Assembly (NCBI GenBank): GCA_026770705.1 | Contig: JANJGN010000010.1 | Span: 90,830,001-90,894,000, forward strand | Origin: Isurus oxyrinchus | Lineage: Eukaryota | Length of the DNA stretch: 64,000 nt | Direction: 5' to 3' | Shown here: in pieces, positions 62,701-64,000 of the stretch | How the letters are laid out: every line of letters begins with the position of its first letter | Position numbering within the stretch: the stretch's first letter is position 1 | Made by a program: the position numbers and the translations under genes | The notes under the pieces: model-generated | Databases searched by the model: none | What the model saw: only the letters and a program-made list of their open reading frames with translations | Told to the model about the DNA's origin: nothing

Positions 62701-64000
62701 ATTACTACCAGAGTTGCCATTACGCACAGTATTCCCGGAGTGTATCATTCGGGAAAGTGTTCCCAGTGTGTGCCATTACGCACAGTGTTCCCTGAGTATG
62801 TCATTACTACCAGAGTGTGCCATTACGCACAGTATTCCCAGACTGTGCCATTAAGCACAGTGTTCCCAGAGTTTGTCATTAAGCACAGTGTTCCTGGAGT
62901 GTGTCATTACGCACAGTGTTCCCAGCGTGTGTCATTGCGCATATTGTTTCCGGAGTGTACCATTACGCACAGTGTTCCCGGACTGTGTCATCACACACAA
63001 TGTTCTTGGGTTGAGCCATTACGCACAGTGTTCCCGGTGTGTGTCATTACGCACAGTTTTCCCGGAGTGTGCCATACGCACAGTGTTCCTGGAGTGTGTC
63101 ATTATGCACAGTATTCCCAGTGTGTGTCATTCGGCACACTCTTCCCGGAGTGTGCTATTACGCACAGTGTTCCCTGAGTGTGCCATTACTACTGGAGTGG
63201 CCATTACACACAGTGTTTCCGGAGTGTGCCATTAAGGACAATGTTCCCAGAGTGTGTCATTAAGCACATTGTTCCCGGAGTGTGCCATTACGCATAGTGT
63301 TCCCGAAGTGTGCGATTACGCACAGTGTTCTCGGAGTGTGCCATTGCACAGTGTTGTCAGTGTGCCATTACATATAGTGTTCCTGGAGCGTAAGATTACG
63401 CACAGTTTTCCCGGAGTGTGTTATTATGCACAATGTTCCGGGAGTGTGTCATTACGTACAGTGTTCCCGGTGTGTGCCATTACTCCCAGTATTCCTGAAG
63501 TGTGTCATTAGACACACTGTTCCCAGTGTGTGTCATTAAGCACACTGTTCACGGAGTGTGCTATTACGCACAGTGTTCCCTGAGTTTGCCATTACCACCG
63601 GAGTGTGCCACTACACACAGTGTTCCCGGAGTGTGCAATGATGCACAGTGTTTCTGGATTGTATAATTACGCACAGTATTCCCATACTGTGCCATTAAGC
63701 ACAGTGTTCGCAGAGTGTGTCAGTACGCACAGTGTTCCCGGAGTGTGTCATTATGCACATTGTTCCCAGAGTGTACCATTATGCACAGTGTTCCCGGACT
63801 GTGTCATTATACACAGAGTTCCTGGAATGTGTCATTACGCACATTTTTCCAGGAGTGTGCCATGACGCACAGTGTTCCCGGAGTGTGTCAGTACGCACAG
63901 TTTTCCCGGAGTGTGCCATTACACACAATATTGCCAGAGTGGGTCATTACGTAAGCGTTCCTGGAGACTGTCATTACGCACAGGATTCTCGGAATTGCCA
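47786..64000. repeat. 28-bp satellite (GAGTGTGCCATTACGCACAGTGTTCCCG), more than 16 kb, open at the right edge, with higher-order duplications
   Basis: Period counted (48063 to 48091). Near-identical variant blocks offset by 476, 1790/1846 and 1831 bp. Confidence 0.98.

Noticed and set aside
47832-63954. Dozens of Cys/His-rich ORFs (ECAITHSVPGVCHYAQCSRSVPLRTVFP) resembling zinc-finger or keratin-associated proteins
   Set aside because: They are the three-frame translation of a stop-free 28-bp monomer. All frames give the same peptide and stops and indels are scattered.
44532-64000. Tandem arrays as the mucin PTS/VNTR exon
   Set aside because: Unit lengths 28 and 29 are not multiples of 3, the translation is not Pro/Thr/Ser-dominated, and the position follows a C8 exon where a TIL exon is expected.

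Overview
Repeat-rich vertebrate genomic DNA, most likely from a cartilaginous fish (shark-type Penelope, CR1, DeuSINE and Harbinger repeats). The only host gene I can read is a gel-forming mucin most similar to MUC6. Seven + strand exons (10153-44483) encode a VWD domain, the end of the preceding Cys-rich module and a C8 domain. It carries an apparent 5-bp frameshift deletion and a GT>AT donor mutation, so it may be a pseudogene. The introns hold a 5.5-kb head-to-head Penelope palindrome flanked by one 15-bp target-site duplication (TSD), a 5'-truncated Penelope with an uninterrupted RT/GIY-YIG reading frame, several mini-Penelope insertions, minimal hammerhead-ribozyme motifs, two decayed Harbinger elements, MITEs, CR1/L2/Vingi-like LINE pieces, SINEs and a solo LTR. 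Three minisatellite arrays (32, 29 and 28 bp) make up about 40% of the window. The Cys/His-rich ORFs in these arrays are artefacts of the repeat units. All family assignments come from motif recognition by eye, not database searches.
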